This document shows, piece by piece, positions 51,038-64,000 of a DNA stretch of 64,000 nucleotides. The notes under the pieces are model-generated. The model did not search any database. It was given only the letters and a program-made list of their open reading frames with translations, and was not told where the DNA came from. Position 1 is the first letter of the stretch. Each line of letters starts with the position of its first letter. The stretch covers positions 45,298,078 to 45,362,077 of the forward strand of contig NC_081366.1 of the NCBI RefSeq assembly GCF_030684315.1, in the 5' to 3' direction. This DNA comes from Stegostoma tigrinum. Taxonomy: Eukaryota. Made by a program: the position numbers and the translations under genes.

Positions 51038-53127
51038 GCCTGGATTGTCCTTTTACACTGTTTATTGCATACTCTGCACATGTCCATTTGGAGATACATA
51101 AGGTGCTCTCTAAATGTTTCTACCTGCAGACACTACCCAGTTTCCTGTCGACAAGAAAAGCCAATGTACGATACTTGTAGTGCTGGCTGGGTACAGGTTA
51201 TGACAAACAGTAGGCAGGATCAATTTAACCTGTTCTTTGCAACAACATGAACCAAAGTCAGGTAATTAGGTAGCATAATCTCCATGCCCATTTTTGGGTA
51301 TCATTCAATATAATCCTCATTAATTTTATTAATTCCTCCCTTAAATGCTTATTTACAGAATTTCATTTTCAGCCCAATAATTGGTCTTGGTAAAGTTTAA
51401 ATTTATTGAAAAAGTCTGCTTTTCAGTTTGCAAAATCAAAGCATAGACTGCTGTACAGAACAAGATATTCAATATAATACACCAGGGAACAACAGGATAT
51501 TTTTGGTGTGATCATTTACAATCTGAGCTGTCTGTCTTGACCATGCTGTTTTGGTGAAGGAATGAAATCACATTTTCCAATAGGCTGTCAGTGAGGTAAT
51601 CATGATTAAAGAAACCTAAAAAAGGCTAGAATTAGCTCAAAAACAAACTAGTTAAGCCTTTGATAGGGTGGACACTATTACAAATAAATTGCAATATGGA
51701 ATGCATATATACCATGTCAGTTATTTGGAAAATAATACAAGAATAAAATGATACTTAAAGATCATGTGTGAATGTAGTATTTGTGAAGTAGCAAAGTGGG
51801 CTGAAGAACTAAGATTAAAACAATGTGACCCAAGGAAACATGTGTTTGATCAAAATAGATTAAATTCCCCCGTTCACCCTCATTTAGAACCAAATATGAA
51901 ATGTCATTTATGAAATAGAGTATATGGTATTGAAACATAATACTTCATGAATGCCACTCATGTTCTTTTATCATGTTGTAAAATTTCTATAGCATTTGAA
52001 AGGCCATTTAACCAGCTTAAATAACAAAATACCTGGTAAACTAGAAGTAGAATACACATGATGAGGTGAATTTTCATTCTCAATCCCAGGATATTTCCAA
52101 GGATGGTTCCACAAACCAAAAGAGAGAAAAAAAATACCCTGTAGTTATTTTTCTCATTTGGAGGTGAAGGATTCTCTGAGAGTCGGACTAGGTGACCCTG
52201 GATGAGTTCAGGGACTGGCAGATATTGTGGTGGGCTGGATAGAAAACTTGCCCCAGGGCTCCAACACTATGTTCAAGCACTTATAAAGAAAAAGTAAAAC
52301 ATAAAACAGCCCTCTAATTCTCATCCCATAACACCCCCTCATTGTCTGCATACCCTTTGCATGGCCCAGCCATTCATGCCATTCCACATCACCTGATGAC
52401 ACCAACCCACTTCGGGAGCCCCTTATACATTCCACACCAAGTTACATTCTCCAAACACCTCTCATGGCCCAAACCAACTATCCATCTATGTGGACTGAGA
52501 CTCACCCCCTGCCCATCACTCCCACTGACCACCCACCCTACTATTACACCTACTATACCAATTCATCCAGATGGACAGATTTCAGGAGCCACATTGAAAT
52601 GAAACTGTATAAAGATATATATGTCTATGGCAGATGTATATTTTTGAAAGCACCTTCATTTATTACAAAGTCCTTTATTTAACTCCATAATCCCTTATAA
52701 CCACAACTATCTCTTATTATAAACTAGCACTGAAATTTGTAATCCCACTTCTAAAAATCTGTAACTACTTGGAGCAAACAGTCAAACTGAGAGATGGAAG
52801 GGACTGTTCTATGTTAAGAGAAATTGGTGAAATTAGTCTGCAGCATAAATCCAATAATGCTGGCCTCGAGTCTTATATCAACAGATAAAGTGAAGTTGTG
52901 ATTTTCTTAAAGCAGATTCAATTCTTTTTTTCAAAGATATAAAGGTGAAGCATTTTAGTGAAGAGCCTGGGTACTTTTGGCAATTACTTTTGACAGATTT
53001 TTTTGATATTAGAAAAAGTTCATTTTGATAGATTTGTTTTGACAGCTACTTTTTGACAGATCTATGCAATCATAGAATCCCTGCAATGTGGAAAGAAGCT
53101 ATTCAGCCCACCAAAAAAGTAAAAAGT

Positions 53128-53327
53128 ATTTTCTGAAGAAGGGTCTCGAACCAAAACATCAAACTTTCCTGCTCTTCTGATGCTGCTTGGCCTGCTGTGT
53201 TCATCCAGCTTCACATTGTGTTATCCATGAAAATGGCCAATGTTTGCCAATTTCTGGTTTTGTTTTTGTTTTTGTTTCTGATTTCCAGCATCTGCAGTTC
53301 TTTCAGTTTTTTGTTCCATGAAAATGG
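53128..53327 (+). mobile_element. Adjacent PLE family A tail and family B tail, the latter with a 13-bp TSD
   Basis: ttctgaagaagggtc...gatgctgcttggcctgctgtgttcatccagct. tccatgaaaatgg occurs at 53224-53236 and 53315-53327. Confidence 0.7.
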
Positions 53328-53699
53328 TTGAGGTTGTGCTTGGTGGGGGGAGTTGGGGGGGCGATGAGGCGAGACTTTTAATTTTCTGTTCCTTCCACCG
53401 ATTTCACAATTTTGGAGAAATTCTCCATCATTGCAAAATTCCAAATCTGAAATTACAGGTTTTTGTCAACAAATGTGACTCAGTGTTATTACAAGTACTG
53501 GTATGGAATACTATATGTAATTTTGCTAGATTGCCTAAAGGCCTTCTCTAACATTAAATTGCTTCAATGTTACTAATACTGCTATGTTAACATTCATCTG
53601 TCTGAATAGAATTTGTTGTCCTTTACTGTCAGAGCAAATAAGCTACCAGATAAGTTAGTAAAATAAAATTTAAAAATAACTTGTGATACAGAACTTAAC

Positions 53700-53950
53700 C
53701 ATTGGTGAAAAGAGAAATGCAATTGAAGCTTTTTTATCTTGCACTAATCAGGACTGAAATACAATGAAATTAACTTATAAAAAATACAACAATTTATAAA
53801 GCATGAATAAAGGGTATGAATTGATTAGACTGTTGGTGACATAGAGATGCAGCAGGAACAGCCAATGTTCGTGTTAATTGATTAAATTCAAACCAGATAA
53901 AACAACATTAATTGGTCAAGGCATTGCTATGAGAATTGTCCTTCGAGTTC
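53700..53950 (-). mobile_element. Old PLE-like 3' end
   Basis: The reverse complement gtcctgattagtgcaagataaaaaagcttc matches gtcctgatgagtgaaagatgaagagcttc at about 10209-10237. Confidence 0.4.
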
Positions 53951-56376
53951 TGGCCTTGGTGAAAAAGTTGCAAAGTTGAAGACATATTCCTTTGGTGTGC
54001 AGAGAACAGGCCCATGTGTGAATTACTGTAGCTTCTAGTAAATGAATCACATTGCAAGCCTGACTGATAAATGTAAGTTGACTTCCAGTGTAATTCATCG
54101 CACAGTCAGGAAAGTTTAGTAAATGTGGTACAAGACTGCAACTGCATCTAATATTCGGCATTTTTTGTGAGACAAAACTGTCCGTTCAAAACAGTCAAAT
54201 AGATGTGTTAAATGATATGGTCAGCCAGTCATTGAAATATATGGTTGATATACTTGACATTATTTTGGCACATGAACCTTATGTCATCTTTTACATTTAC
54301 GGTAGGCAAGACAACATTTTGGCTTGATCATAGTATCCTGTTGAAGGAAAAAGCCTCACTTATCTTTACTCCAAAGGAGCAATGTGGTACAGCTAGCTTT
54401 ACCAGTTGCTCAAATCTTTGGGTCGCCTTACACATCGTTGATAATCTAAGATAAACTGGGAACTGCTGGGAACCAAAGGTGGATGCCTTAGGCTCTTCTA
54501 TGAGTTTTCTTGATGTGCAATGAGTGATGATTTGATCAGAGTACTTATTATCATTCAGGATAATTTTGACATGCCCTACCTCAGCATCTACTTGGTGAAC
54601 AGATGGCTAGACCCCTATCAGTGAGCTTGCTGTAAGGTCTGATTTAGTAGCATATGGAACTATAGGAATCCCAAAGCATATGTTGACCAGTGTACGTTGG
54701 TTTTCAGTAGAATATGTTAGAAAACCCATGAGCAGATTTCTCAACCTAGCATTTTAAGGAAAAGGAACAGGTTTGACTGCTCCATTTTAAAGGTGAATTT
54801 GCTATATTAAGGTGTGTAAGGAACTACTTAGGTACAGCTGCAAATTCAAATATAGCAAAATATCATATATGAGTCAAAAGTATGTATGTGGTAGAAGGTT
54901 TGTGGACATTTCACTAAAGACAGGCTTCTCAGCGAAACCAATGAAAATTTTAGCGAGAACAGATGTAGGTGGGATCCTATGAGATACCATCTTTCTAGAC
55001 ATAAATTGTGTTGCAGAAAATGAACCTGATTGTATAATTTGTTGAATTCATGAGTTTAATTTAAACATGTCCAGACACTATTGGCCTTGATACAGTGACC
55101 TAGTTCAAAGTCAATAGTTCCTTTTGAGTAGGACACTAATGAGAAGGAGTGACATGTCAAAAGAGCACCTGGGCACAGTACTGCTATGCTGTTGTATAGC
55201 CATCACGAAAGTGAAGAAATCCCTCATGGCGTAAACTCACTCTCACCTTCTTGAGTGCAATGCAATATAATCGGCAACAAATGCTGGTGCAGCCAGGAAT
55301 ATCCACATGCTATGAATGAATTTTTAAATACTTCTCTTAATTTTCTTCTCATCGTTCAAAGTTTCATTTTGCATTGACAGAATATCTGAATTGTTTTTAA
55401 ACCAAATTTAGCATAACTATGAAAGAACCTCTGAACTGTCAACATGGACATCATGAAAAATAAAATTGGCAATATATTGCCAGCACAAGAGTAGATTATT
55501 TGGCCTTCCAAACTGATTCTGAAATTGGACCAATTGTGGAAGGAGTTACAATTTCATTCTTGCTTATTGGCAGTTCATGGGTTTTCAAATTCTTCAGTTA
55601 AGTGAACGTGGCTGCACTGCAAACAGATGAAGAACCTTCCTATTCAAAGCGGTTAAGTGACATATATGCAACATGGAAAATTAATAAAATAGATTTTGAT
55701 ACATATTTTTGCTAAAATATGGGTCAGGTTATATCTTCATTTGTAGACTGCTCCTATCTGTTTCTACATGCCTGTAAGCAGTAATATGGAACTAGTTTTT
55801 CCTTGTTTATAAATACTGAATCTATCCTCCGCAAGAGATGCTAAAACCTCAAAGTAATTAAAAATCCTTGCAAGTAATATTAGAAATATCTTCTGAATAC
55901 TAAACAACAATAGACATCTGAATTGCACGTACACTTTGGCATCATAATGAGCAAAATTATTTGTCTGATTACAATACACAGTTGTGAGATTGTTTTAAGA
56001 CAACTGTAGTTGAAGTAGAACACAGATTTCCAGAGCACCTTTCATATTTTATCTGGTCAAGTGATTTCATGGGATTGGAGAATTGTTGGAAAGGCCTACA
56101 TTTGTTGTCCATTCTTAACTACCCTTGAAAACATGCTGGTGAGCTGCCTTCTTGAAACGCTATGGTTCACCTGGTATATGTACACTCACATTGATGTTCC
56201 TGTTCGGAAAATAGAAGAAACAACCCTGATAATAACACACGTGAATTATGAAAAATGAGTATGAGATGATGTTGTTATCTTGATGTGCTGGAATGCAAAA
56301 AATATACTCTCCCCGTCCTTTTTTTTTTGGCCTTAGTTCATTTTCAGCGAGGAAACAACAAATTGATACCAGGCAT

Positions 56377-56600
56377 ATTTACACAGAAGCAAAAACAGAG
56401 ATTCCTGGAAAAGCTCTGCAGGTCTGGCAGCATCTGTGAAGAGAAATCAGAGTTAACATTTCAGGTCTGGTGACCCATCATCAGGGTTCTGATTTCTCTT
56501 CACAGATGCTGCCAGACCTGCTGAGCTTTTCCAGCAATCTCTATTTTTGTTCCTGATTTACAGTATCCGCAATTCTTTTGGTTTACATTTCCGCAGAAGT
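56377..56600. mobile_element. Palindromic PLE family B insertion
   Basis: ctggaaaagctctgcaggtctggcagcatctgtgaagagaaatcaga pairs with tctgatttctcttcacagatgctgccagacctgctgagcttttccag. Minus-strand CTGATGA-t-gggtc-acca-gacct-GAAA at 56452-56487. Confidence 0.8.
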
Positions 56601-56884
56601 TGTTTTTATATTGATGCTTGTTTAGGTCAGGTTGTAGAAGGCGAGTCTACTCTTTCACTGCAAGCACAAGGAATTTGGATTTAACCTTTAACAGAAGGAA
56701 TTCGTGTTACAATTCTTTGATGGTAAATTGGAAAGGGTGTGCCACATAAAATGGCCTTCTGCCACCTGCCTCCCAGCACTTCAATTTGAGATACCTGACG
56801 TACTACGAGCCAGGAGAATAGGGCCACCCGTCTTTGGACCTGAAAGACCCCGAAGTGGTCAATTAGTAGTGCCACCCATGATCC

Positions 56885-57130
56885 AGAGACAAGAAGGAAT
56901 TTCTTTTCTCTCAGAGGGTAGTCAGTCTGTGGAATTCTTTACTGCAGGGCTATTCGGATTGAGTTGTCAAGTATGTTCAAAGCTAAGATAGACATTTTTC
57001 ATTCACTAAGGAAATCAAGGGTTATGGCATAAGGTAGGAAATTGGAATTGGGGATTATTCGATCGGACATTGAAAGGCGAAGCAGACTCGATGGGCCAAA
57101 TAGCCAACTTCTGCTCTAACATATTATGGT
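56885..57130 (+). mobile_element. CR1-type LINE 3' tail
   Basis: aggaatttcttttctctcagagggtagtcagtctgtggaattc, homologous to 39615-39870. Confidence 0.65.
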
Positions 57131-57709
57131 TTCATAATCTAATGACCTCTCTCCCTGCAAATCTCATTCTGTCTTCTAAGCTTAGTGATTGGAGGAAGAA
57201 AAGTGACAGCTGGAATATAATCAGTACTTCAGTACAAAAGATAAGTTTGCAAGCAATCTCTGTCAGAAGTGCCAAGTTAACAGCCCATCTATGCCTCTTC
57301 CAGCAGCCCACTGCAGCACAGATGCCAGCTGTCAACCAATTAAGTTCACTTCATGTGATATCAAGAAATGACTAAAGACATTAGATACTACACATGCTGG
57401 GTGCTGAAAGTATGCCAGCAATGGTTGGAGGTGTAGTGGTAATGTGAGTGGACCAGTGATCCAGGACCCAAGACCTGAGGACATTGGTTCACACACCACC
57501 ATGGAAAAATTGAAATCCGAATTTTGAGGAAATCTTGAATAAAAAGCTATGTAACTATTGTGGAACTAGTTGTATTTTAAAAAATGATTTATTAGTGTCT
57601 TTCCTAAGGAAAAGAAAAATGATGGATTTAAGTATTCTTTTGAGAAGGAAGTCTGGCATTTTTTATTTGGTCTGGCCTACGTCTAACACCCAAATTAGGC
57701 ATTGAGCCA

Positions 57710-58345
57710 GCTTACCTTCGTTGCACAGACCTTTGAATATTGAAGTTGGATGTCATGTTGACGTTGTACAGGACGTTGGTGACGCCTCCTCTGTAGTACT
57801 GTGTACAGTTCTATTCACCCTGCTATAGGAAGGATATTATTAAGCTGGAGACAGTTCAGAAAAGATTTACCAGGATGCTGCCGGGAATGGAATGTTTGAG
57901 CTATAAAGATAGACTCGGACTTTTTTCACTGGAGCTTGGGAGGTTGAAGATAGAGATTTATAAAATCATGAGGGACATAGATAAGGTGAATAGCAAAGGT
58001 CTTTTGCATAGGTTGGGGGAGTTCAAAACTCGGGGACGTATTTTTAAGGTGAGAGGAGAAAGATTTACAAAGGACATAAGCGGCAACTTTTTTACACAGT
58101 CTGTGGAATGATATACACAGAGAGTGGTTCATATGTGTAATGAACTGTCAGAGGATATGGTGAATGTAGGTACAGTAACAGCATTTAACAGACATTTAGA
58201 TAAGTACATGAATATGAAAAGTTTGGAGGGATATAGGGCAAACACAGGCAAATGGGACTGGTTGGGTTTGGAAACATGGTCGGCATGGACTAGTTGGACC
58301 AAAGGTTCTGTTTCTATGCTGTATGTTTCTATGACTGTATGACTA
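57710..58345 (+). mobile_element. CR1/HER1-type LINE 3' fragment
   Basis: MLPGMECLSYKDRLGLFSLE...FKTRGRIFKVRGERF...NFFTQ. Confidence 0.85.
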
Positions 58346-58619
58346 TCCAGAAATCTCTTCCATTCTTATCATATGCCTTTGGCATATGCTGGAAGAATAT
58401 ACAGTCCCACGCCATTTGGCTGCATTATGAATGCAATTTTCTTGGTCACCAAATCCTGAAATGAGACACAAACATAAAGCTTTTGGCTCAGAGGCAGAGA
58501 CACACAAATTGTTGCAACAAGACATTGAGATGATGAGATAGAAAGATATACCAGCAAATTCTTTGATAATGGAAAGATTATCTGCATTGTACAAAGTAGT
58601 GTGAGAAAAGTACCATGAC

Positions 58620-59360
58620 ACTTGTACACAATACTTGTAGATGAAGTCAATGACAAACTGTGGCAAATGGATTTCAAAGTAAGTAAAATGAGATCATCCA
58701 TTTTGAACTTGAAAAGAATAAAACAGATTATTTCCTGAATGGTAAAAACCAGAAACAATGATAGTCTAGTTAAACTTGGACATCTGAGAACACAGATCAT
58801 TAAAATGTCATGAACAGGTTCAGAAAATAATAAGAAAAGTTGGTGGAATGTCAGTCTTTTTATCTAGCGGATTGGAATGTAAGGGGGTAGAATTATGCTT
58901 TATATATTCAAGCACAGTTGCTGAAAAAGCTGAGCTGGTCTGGCAGCATGTGTGAAGAATAAAATCAGAGTTAACATTTTGGGTCCCGTGACCCTGCCTC
59001 AGAACCGGACCTGAAATGTTAACTCTGACTTTTTTCTTCACAGGTGCTGCCAGACCTGCTGAGCTTTTTATTCCTGATTTACAGCTTCCACAGTTCTTTC
59101 AGTTTGTCATCACATATTCAAAGCTCTGGTTAGACCAAACCTAAGAAAAACTGTGGGCACCACACCTTAATAAAGATGTACTGATCTTGAAGGAAGTGTA
59201 GCTTGGCTTTACCAGAATGATACCCAGACTTTTAGAATAATTTTATGAGGAGTGATTACACAAAATAAGATTATATTCTTTCTCATTTAGAAGATAGAGT
59301 GATCTGATTGAATTTTTCAAGATATTAAGGAGAACAAATAAGGTCAATATAGAGAAACTA
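58620..59360 (+). mobile_element. Degenerate CR1 fragment interrupted by a palindromic PLE family B insertion (about 58915-59105)
   Basis: WQMDF and LVRP motifs. Internal inverted arms aaaaagctgagctggtctggcagca...tgctgccagacctgctgagcttttt. Confidence 0.7.
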
Positions 59361-60019
59361 GAATTTGGTTTTTAATCAGTGTTTGGGAGCTGGAAGTGGG
59401 GTGGGGGCTGCTGGGTGAGCAGGGGTTGGTGTTATTCAGTTCCAGGCCCTGACTCCACATACACCAGGATTTTCAAATATTCACCTACCTAAAAGCCAGG
59501 CAACATGTTTGCCATTCATTCGGAGATAGTAAATGGGCTCGTAATGTTATACGGTATGTCAGGAATATATCTCAAGTAATTTCCCTCAATTTTGGCAAAA
59601 AGGGAGCTTGGTTCTAAGACATATTCTTTGGGTCTGCAGAAATCTGACTCAGATGAGGACCCAATGTAATCAAAGGTGTTATCTTCTTCTCATAGTTTAA
59701 AATGCACTTTTCTTTTAGCTAGGCTGTCAGTTTTCTGGATATTGTACAGTTGTGAGTGGAACTCTTCAGAATACATTCCCCACCAAGAGAATAGGAGTTG
59801 GGCTCATCAAGTGTTTCACACAGACAATTAGTGGACACTGTTTAATTTTTATGTATACATACAAACTTAGTATTACACGAAAGCTTTTAGTGTTGGCAGA
59901 AGTCACTTTAAGCCTTAAAGAATAGGATTAGCTGTAATGATGTTGGCAAGAAATAAATACAGTTTTGCTTTTCTATGGGAGGTAGTAAGTCTAAAATCTA
60001 GGCAGGCAGTTAAGTAATG

Positions 60020-60143
60020 CTTGAGAAAGAATAAAGACAACAAGGTATGGAGCTGGATGAACACAGCAGGCCAAGCAGCATCAGAGGAGCAGGAAAGCTG
60101 ATGTTTCGGGCCTAGACCCTTTTATCTCTTGAGAAATAATAAA
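60020..60143 (-). mobile_element. PLE family A tail with TSD
   Basis: gagctggatgaacacagcaggccaagcagcatcagaggagcaggaaagctgatgtttcgggcctagaccc, flanked by cttgagaaa(g/t)aataaa. Confidence 0.75.
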
Positions 60144-60154
60144 TACCTTTTGTT

Positions 60155-60690
60155 CAATTGCGTTCAGTTCTGGTCACCAGATTTCAGGAAGGGTGTGGAG
60201 GCTTTGGAGAGGGTTTACAAGAGGGTTACCAGGATGCTGCCTGGATTAGAGGCTACGAACTAAAGGGGAGGCTAGAAAAATTCCATTGTTTTCTCTGGAG
60301 CAGCGGAGGCTGAGAGGAGGCTTGATAAAAGTCTATCCAATAATGAGATGCATAGATAAGTTGGACAGTCAGAATCTTTTTTTCCCCAGAGTTGAAATGT
60401 CCAATAATAGGGGGCATGCATTTAACAATAGAGGAGAAAAGTTCAAAGGAGATGTGAGGGAAAAGTGTTTTACACAGAGAATGGTAGGAGTCTGAAATGT
60501 GTTGCCAGGGTGATGGTGAAGGCAAATATGTTAAGGGCATTTAAGGGACTGTTACTTAAGCACATGAATGCGCAAGGAGTGGAGGGATATGGACTAAGGG
60601 TAGGCAGAAGAGATTAGCTTAATATGGTGTCATGTTCTGTAAATATTGTGGCCAAAGGGCCCAGTCCTATGCTGTGCTGTTCTATGTTCA
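60155..60690 (+). mobile_element. CR1/HER1-type LINE 3' fragment
   Basis: CVQFWSP, FSLEQRRLRGGLIKVY and FTQRMV motifs. Confidence 0.85.
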
Positions 60691-61111
60691 ACTCTTTCAG
60701 ATGAGTGTCCACTTCATGTTAATTGACTGCCACCTTTCACTGATGGGGTGTCTGCCCTGAATATGGTAATGATCCCAAACCAGGAGAACAGATGGAATCT
60801 GAGCAACATCATATCCCAGGCAGAAATCTTTGGTAGTGATTTCCTGGCAAGAAACAATTACATAAATCTGGATGGTAATGCTTAAAAGTAGCAAGTGGGC
60901 TTCATCATATAAAATCCAGGGGATTAAAGACGTAATTACCTTTATTACAATCTGTAAAGTGGATTTTCATCTTCACTATCTGGGCTGAAGTGTAACCACA
61001 CAATTGCCTATCCAACCTGCAACTATGCAATCTGCTTGAATTATATTCCATTGAAATTAATGGATCTTTAACAACAGATAATCCAATAAAATTATCACCT
61101 AAATAGAGAAG

Positions 61112-61363
61112 CCAAAAACATTAGAGATAACAAGTTGTAGAGCTGGATGAACTCAGCAGGCCAAACAGCATCAGAGGAGCAGAAAAGCTGACATTTCGGG
61201 ACTGGACCCTCCTACGTTTTACTGAAGAAGGATCCAGACCAGAAACGTCAGCTTTCCTGCTCCTCTGATGCTGCTTGGCCTGCTGTGTTTACCAGCTCTA
61301 CACCTTGTTATCTCAGATTCTCCAACATCGGCAGCTGCTGCTATCTATGAACCAAAAACATTA
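61112..61363. mobile_element. Palindromic PLE family A insertion with 12-bp TSD
   Basis: Inverted arms of about 80 bp. ccaaaaacatta at 61112-61123 and 61352-61363. CTGAAGA...GAAAC-GTC at 61222-61249. Confidence 0.85.
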
Positions 61364-62144
61364 CTCCTGTTTCGAGCCTTGCCACATCCATGCAAAGTGG
61401 CCCAGCCTGAAGGGAGTTTCTCTCATTCACAATTTTTCAGCATTCACTGGCAGATGATGTTGCAACAAAATAAAGACAAATGTTTTCTCTGGGGATCAAT
61501 ATCCATTTGTCAGAAATGAAATTAACATGCTGTATTGAGAGAGATAAATCTATATTGAGACAGTTAAAGACTAACAAATCAATGTTTGGACACAGAGATT
61601 CACTTATGTCAGCAGCAACAGTGAGAGACTAAAAACCACAAATCACACAAATGAATGAAGTTTAGCCTAAGTGCATTCAAGTACTTTACTACTGGAGAGA
61701 ATATGATCTTGTAGAAGGAGAACTGTCAGTCATTAATGATTTGTTTCACTACTGGGATGGTTATCAGATCCAGGAACAATGCTTTTGTCTGAATGCATAG
61801 AATTATAGAATTGTTACAATAAATTTGCCCCGTGGTGTCTATGCTGGTTCCTTGTAAGAGTAACTCACCTAATCCCAAAACTCAAACTCCTCTTTAAGCT
61901 GTTCAGACAGTCCTGGGACAATACCCTGAATTGAACTCCTTCTGGGGATCCAGTGGGTTTTTATCTTGGGATGTGATCCAGTCCCAGCTACAACCATTAT
62001 GTACTTTAGCACCCTCTGCCAATCAGATTGATGGCAGCTTCTAAAGGTGGGAGCTCCTCCTACTGAATGGCTGTACAGTCCCAAACTGCACCAATTTAAC
62101 CCATCCACAGATCAGTGTTCTGCAGGGCCATGTTCCTTCTCAGT

Positions 62145-62362
62145 TTTAAAACCAAGAAAAGCTGGCAAAACTCAAAAGGTCTGATGGCATATGTGGGGAG
62201 AGAAACAGAGTTAACTTTCCAAATTCAATGTGACTTTTCTCCAGTTATGAAGGACTCAAAAGATAACTCTGTTTCTCAGTCTGCAGAGTCTGCCAAACTT
62301 TTGAGTTTCTCCAGCATTTTCTGGTTTGAATTTAGATTTCCAGCATCTGCAGTATTTGCTTC
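62145..62362. mobile_element. Old palindromic PLE family B-like insertion
   Basis: gctggcaaaactcaaaaggtctg...agaaacagagtta pairs with taactctgtttct...ttttgagtttctccagc. Confidence 0.6.
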
Positions 62363-62365
62363 TTG

Positions 62366-62367
<2 letters not shown>

Positions 62368-62435
<68 letters not shown>
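62368..62435 (+). repeat. (GT)n(GA)n compound microsatellite
   Basis: Directly visible. Confidence 0.95.
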
Positions 62436-63269
62436 TTTGCCCTTCAGTCCTGTACCTCCATATAAAACTTTGCCCATGTTCTTCCTGCTAAAACTAATGG
62501 CAAAAGTTTTATCAGTGGTGAGTTTTTTGTCTACTATGATACGGACAGTAATTTCTGATTTTTAAACCTCTCAACATGTTGATTTTGTTCTCCTGTAAAT
62601 AAAAGAGCAAATACCCACTGTAGTGATCAGATGAAAGTAAATTCTGTGTGGTTTCCAGAATTTTGTTCTGTCGAGCGTAATTGATTGTCTCCAGTCTGGT
62701 TTATATATCAATTACATTTTATGGATTTTTAATCTCAGTCTTCCTGTCTCCCTTTGAATGTTAAATGCTCAAATATAGGCGGTCTGAGTCTTTCTTCAAG
62801 AGACAGCTGCGTTACAGAAAATCATGATAATACCAGTCTGTACTCAAACCTCACCAAATTCCATTCATGTTGCATCCCACGACAATTTTGTTACAATCAG
62901 CTGAGGCAGGGTCAACTGTCTGTCCTCTTTCCAATCTTCTCAGTTGGCCATAACAAAGATTTATGTTCTCTTTAGTGCAAGGCTAAACCTCTCTCCAATC
63001 AAAATGTTATTAACTTATTTCTATTGCAACAATAAGGAACAAGTTAGTAAGTTTCTTAAGTGGGAGAAACAGAAATTTTATTATCTGCTAACCTCAAGAA
63101 AAATGTAAATACATATTTTCAAGCATATACAAATAGGTGCATTGTTAAAAAAAAGATAGTGCCCAATACAAAAATGAATTCAGGACCTGCTATGTCACAT
63201 AGAATTCTGAAGATGCCTTTCGTGACAGCCACTTTTACGCACGCACAAAGAAGCACATTCTTAAAATAG

Positions 63270-63840
63270 GAGAGTGAGGACAGACACATGAGGGTAAGGC
63301 TGTAAGGACTCAGGAGTGGGGGTGGGACAGGCAGGGGATTGAGGACCAGGGAGTGAGGATATGACAGGCAGAGGATTCAGGACCAGGCAGTGAGGATGCA
63401 GAGGATAGACAAGAGAAGACCAGGAAGTGTGGTAGCGGAGGGCAGGGGAGTGAGGGCAAGGCAGTGAGAGTGTGACAGGGAGGGGATTGAGGACCAGGGA
63501 GTGAGGATGCAGTGGATAGATGAGACGCAACTAGGGAGTGAGGGTGTGGAGGGCAGAGGAGTGAAGACCAGGGAGAGAGGATGCAGAGCAAAAGTGAGAG
63601 AGGGTAGGGGAGAGAGAACAAGGAGGGAGGATGCGGAAGAATGGTGGAAGCATAGGAGAGGGAGTTAGACCCGTGAGGCCCCATCCCACTCCTCTATCCA
63701 CCGTCCTCTCCCCTCCACCGCCCCTCTTCCTCTCTTCCCCTCCTCCCTATTCCACTCCCCTCACCCCAGCTCCCCTCCACTATTTCACTCTCCCCCCACC
63801 CCTCCATCTCCCCGTTCACAGCCTCCCCTACTCTCTCCTG
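63270..63840. repeat. Purine-rich degenerate minisatellite followed by a pyrimidine-rich low-complexity tract
   Basis: Recurring gaggaccagggagtgaggatg units in 63270-63660, then a C/T-rich tract in 63680-63840. Confidence 0.7.
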
Positions 63841-64000
63841 TCATTCACAGGTACAGCCTACTTAAACTTGAACCCAGTGAAACTTGTACAGTCGCAAACT
63901 GAAGCCATGAATAGCATGCATGAGTGCGCTGTCAGAAATTGTTGCCTTTGTTTCCTCCATGTTGATTTCATGAAGTTAGGCTCACCAGTCAGGCAATTGC

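Noticed and set aside
46032-64000. Acidic C-terminal synuclein exons
   Set aside because: No PEE..-like or EEYQEYEPEA-like exon with splice sites was found by eye. They are probably beyond the window, although a divergent exon could have been missed.

Overview
Vertebrate genomic DNA, most likely from a cartilaginous fish (shark), judging by the HE1-type SINEs, CR1/HER1-type LINEs and dense Penelope-like elements (inference). The window holds the conserved block TSPAN17 - EIF4E1B - SNCB. It contains the first coding exon and CpG-island promoter of a TspanC8 tetraspanin (minus strand), a complete 7-exon eIF4E class I gene of the 1B type (minus strand, 214 aa, 14090-31038), and the first three coding exons of a synuclein (plus strand, 42419-46031). 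The last synuclein exons were not found and probably lie beyond 64000. Three observations stand out. (1) The synuclein sits at the beta-synuclein locus and has beta-type flanks, yet keeps the 11-residue NAC core that mammalian beta-synuclein lacks. (2) A size series (about 80 bp to 2.6 kb) of Penelope-derived insertions is present. Most have 3' ends facing outward on both sides, 12-15 bp target-site duplications and minimal hammerhead-ribozyme motifs. (3) Short locally templated duplications occur, including a copy of the start of the synuclein NAC exon. All calls come from manual reading and recalled family knowledge. Repeat boundaries are approximate, and most ORF-track entries are spurious or transposon debris.
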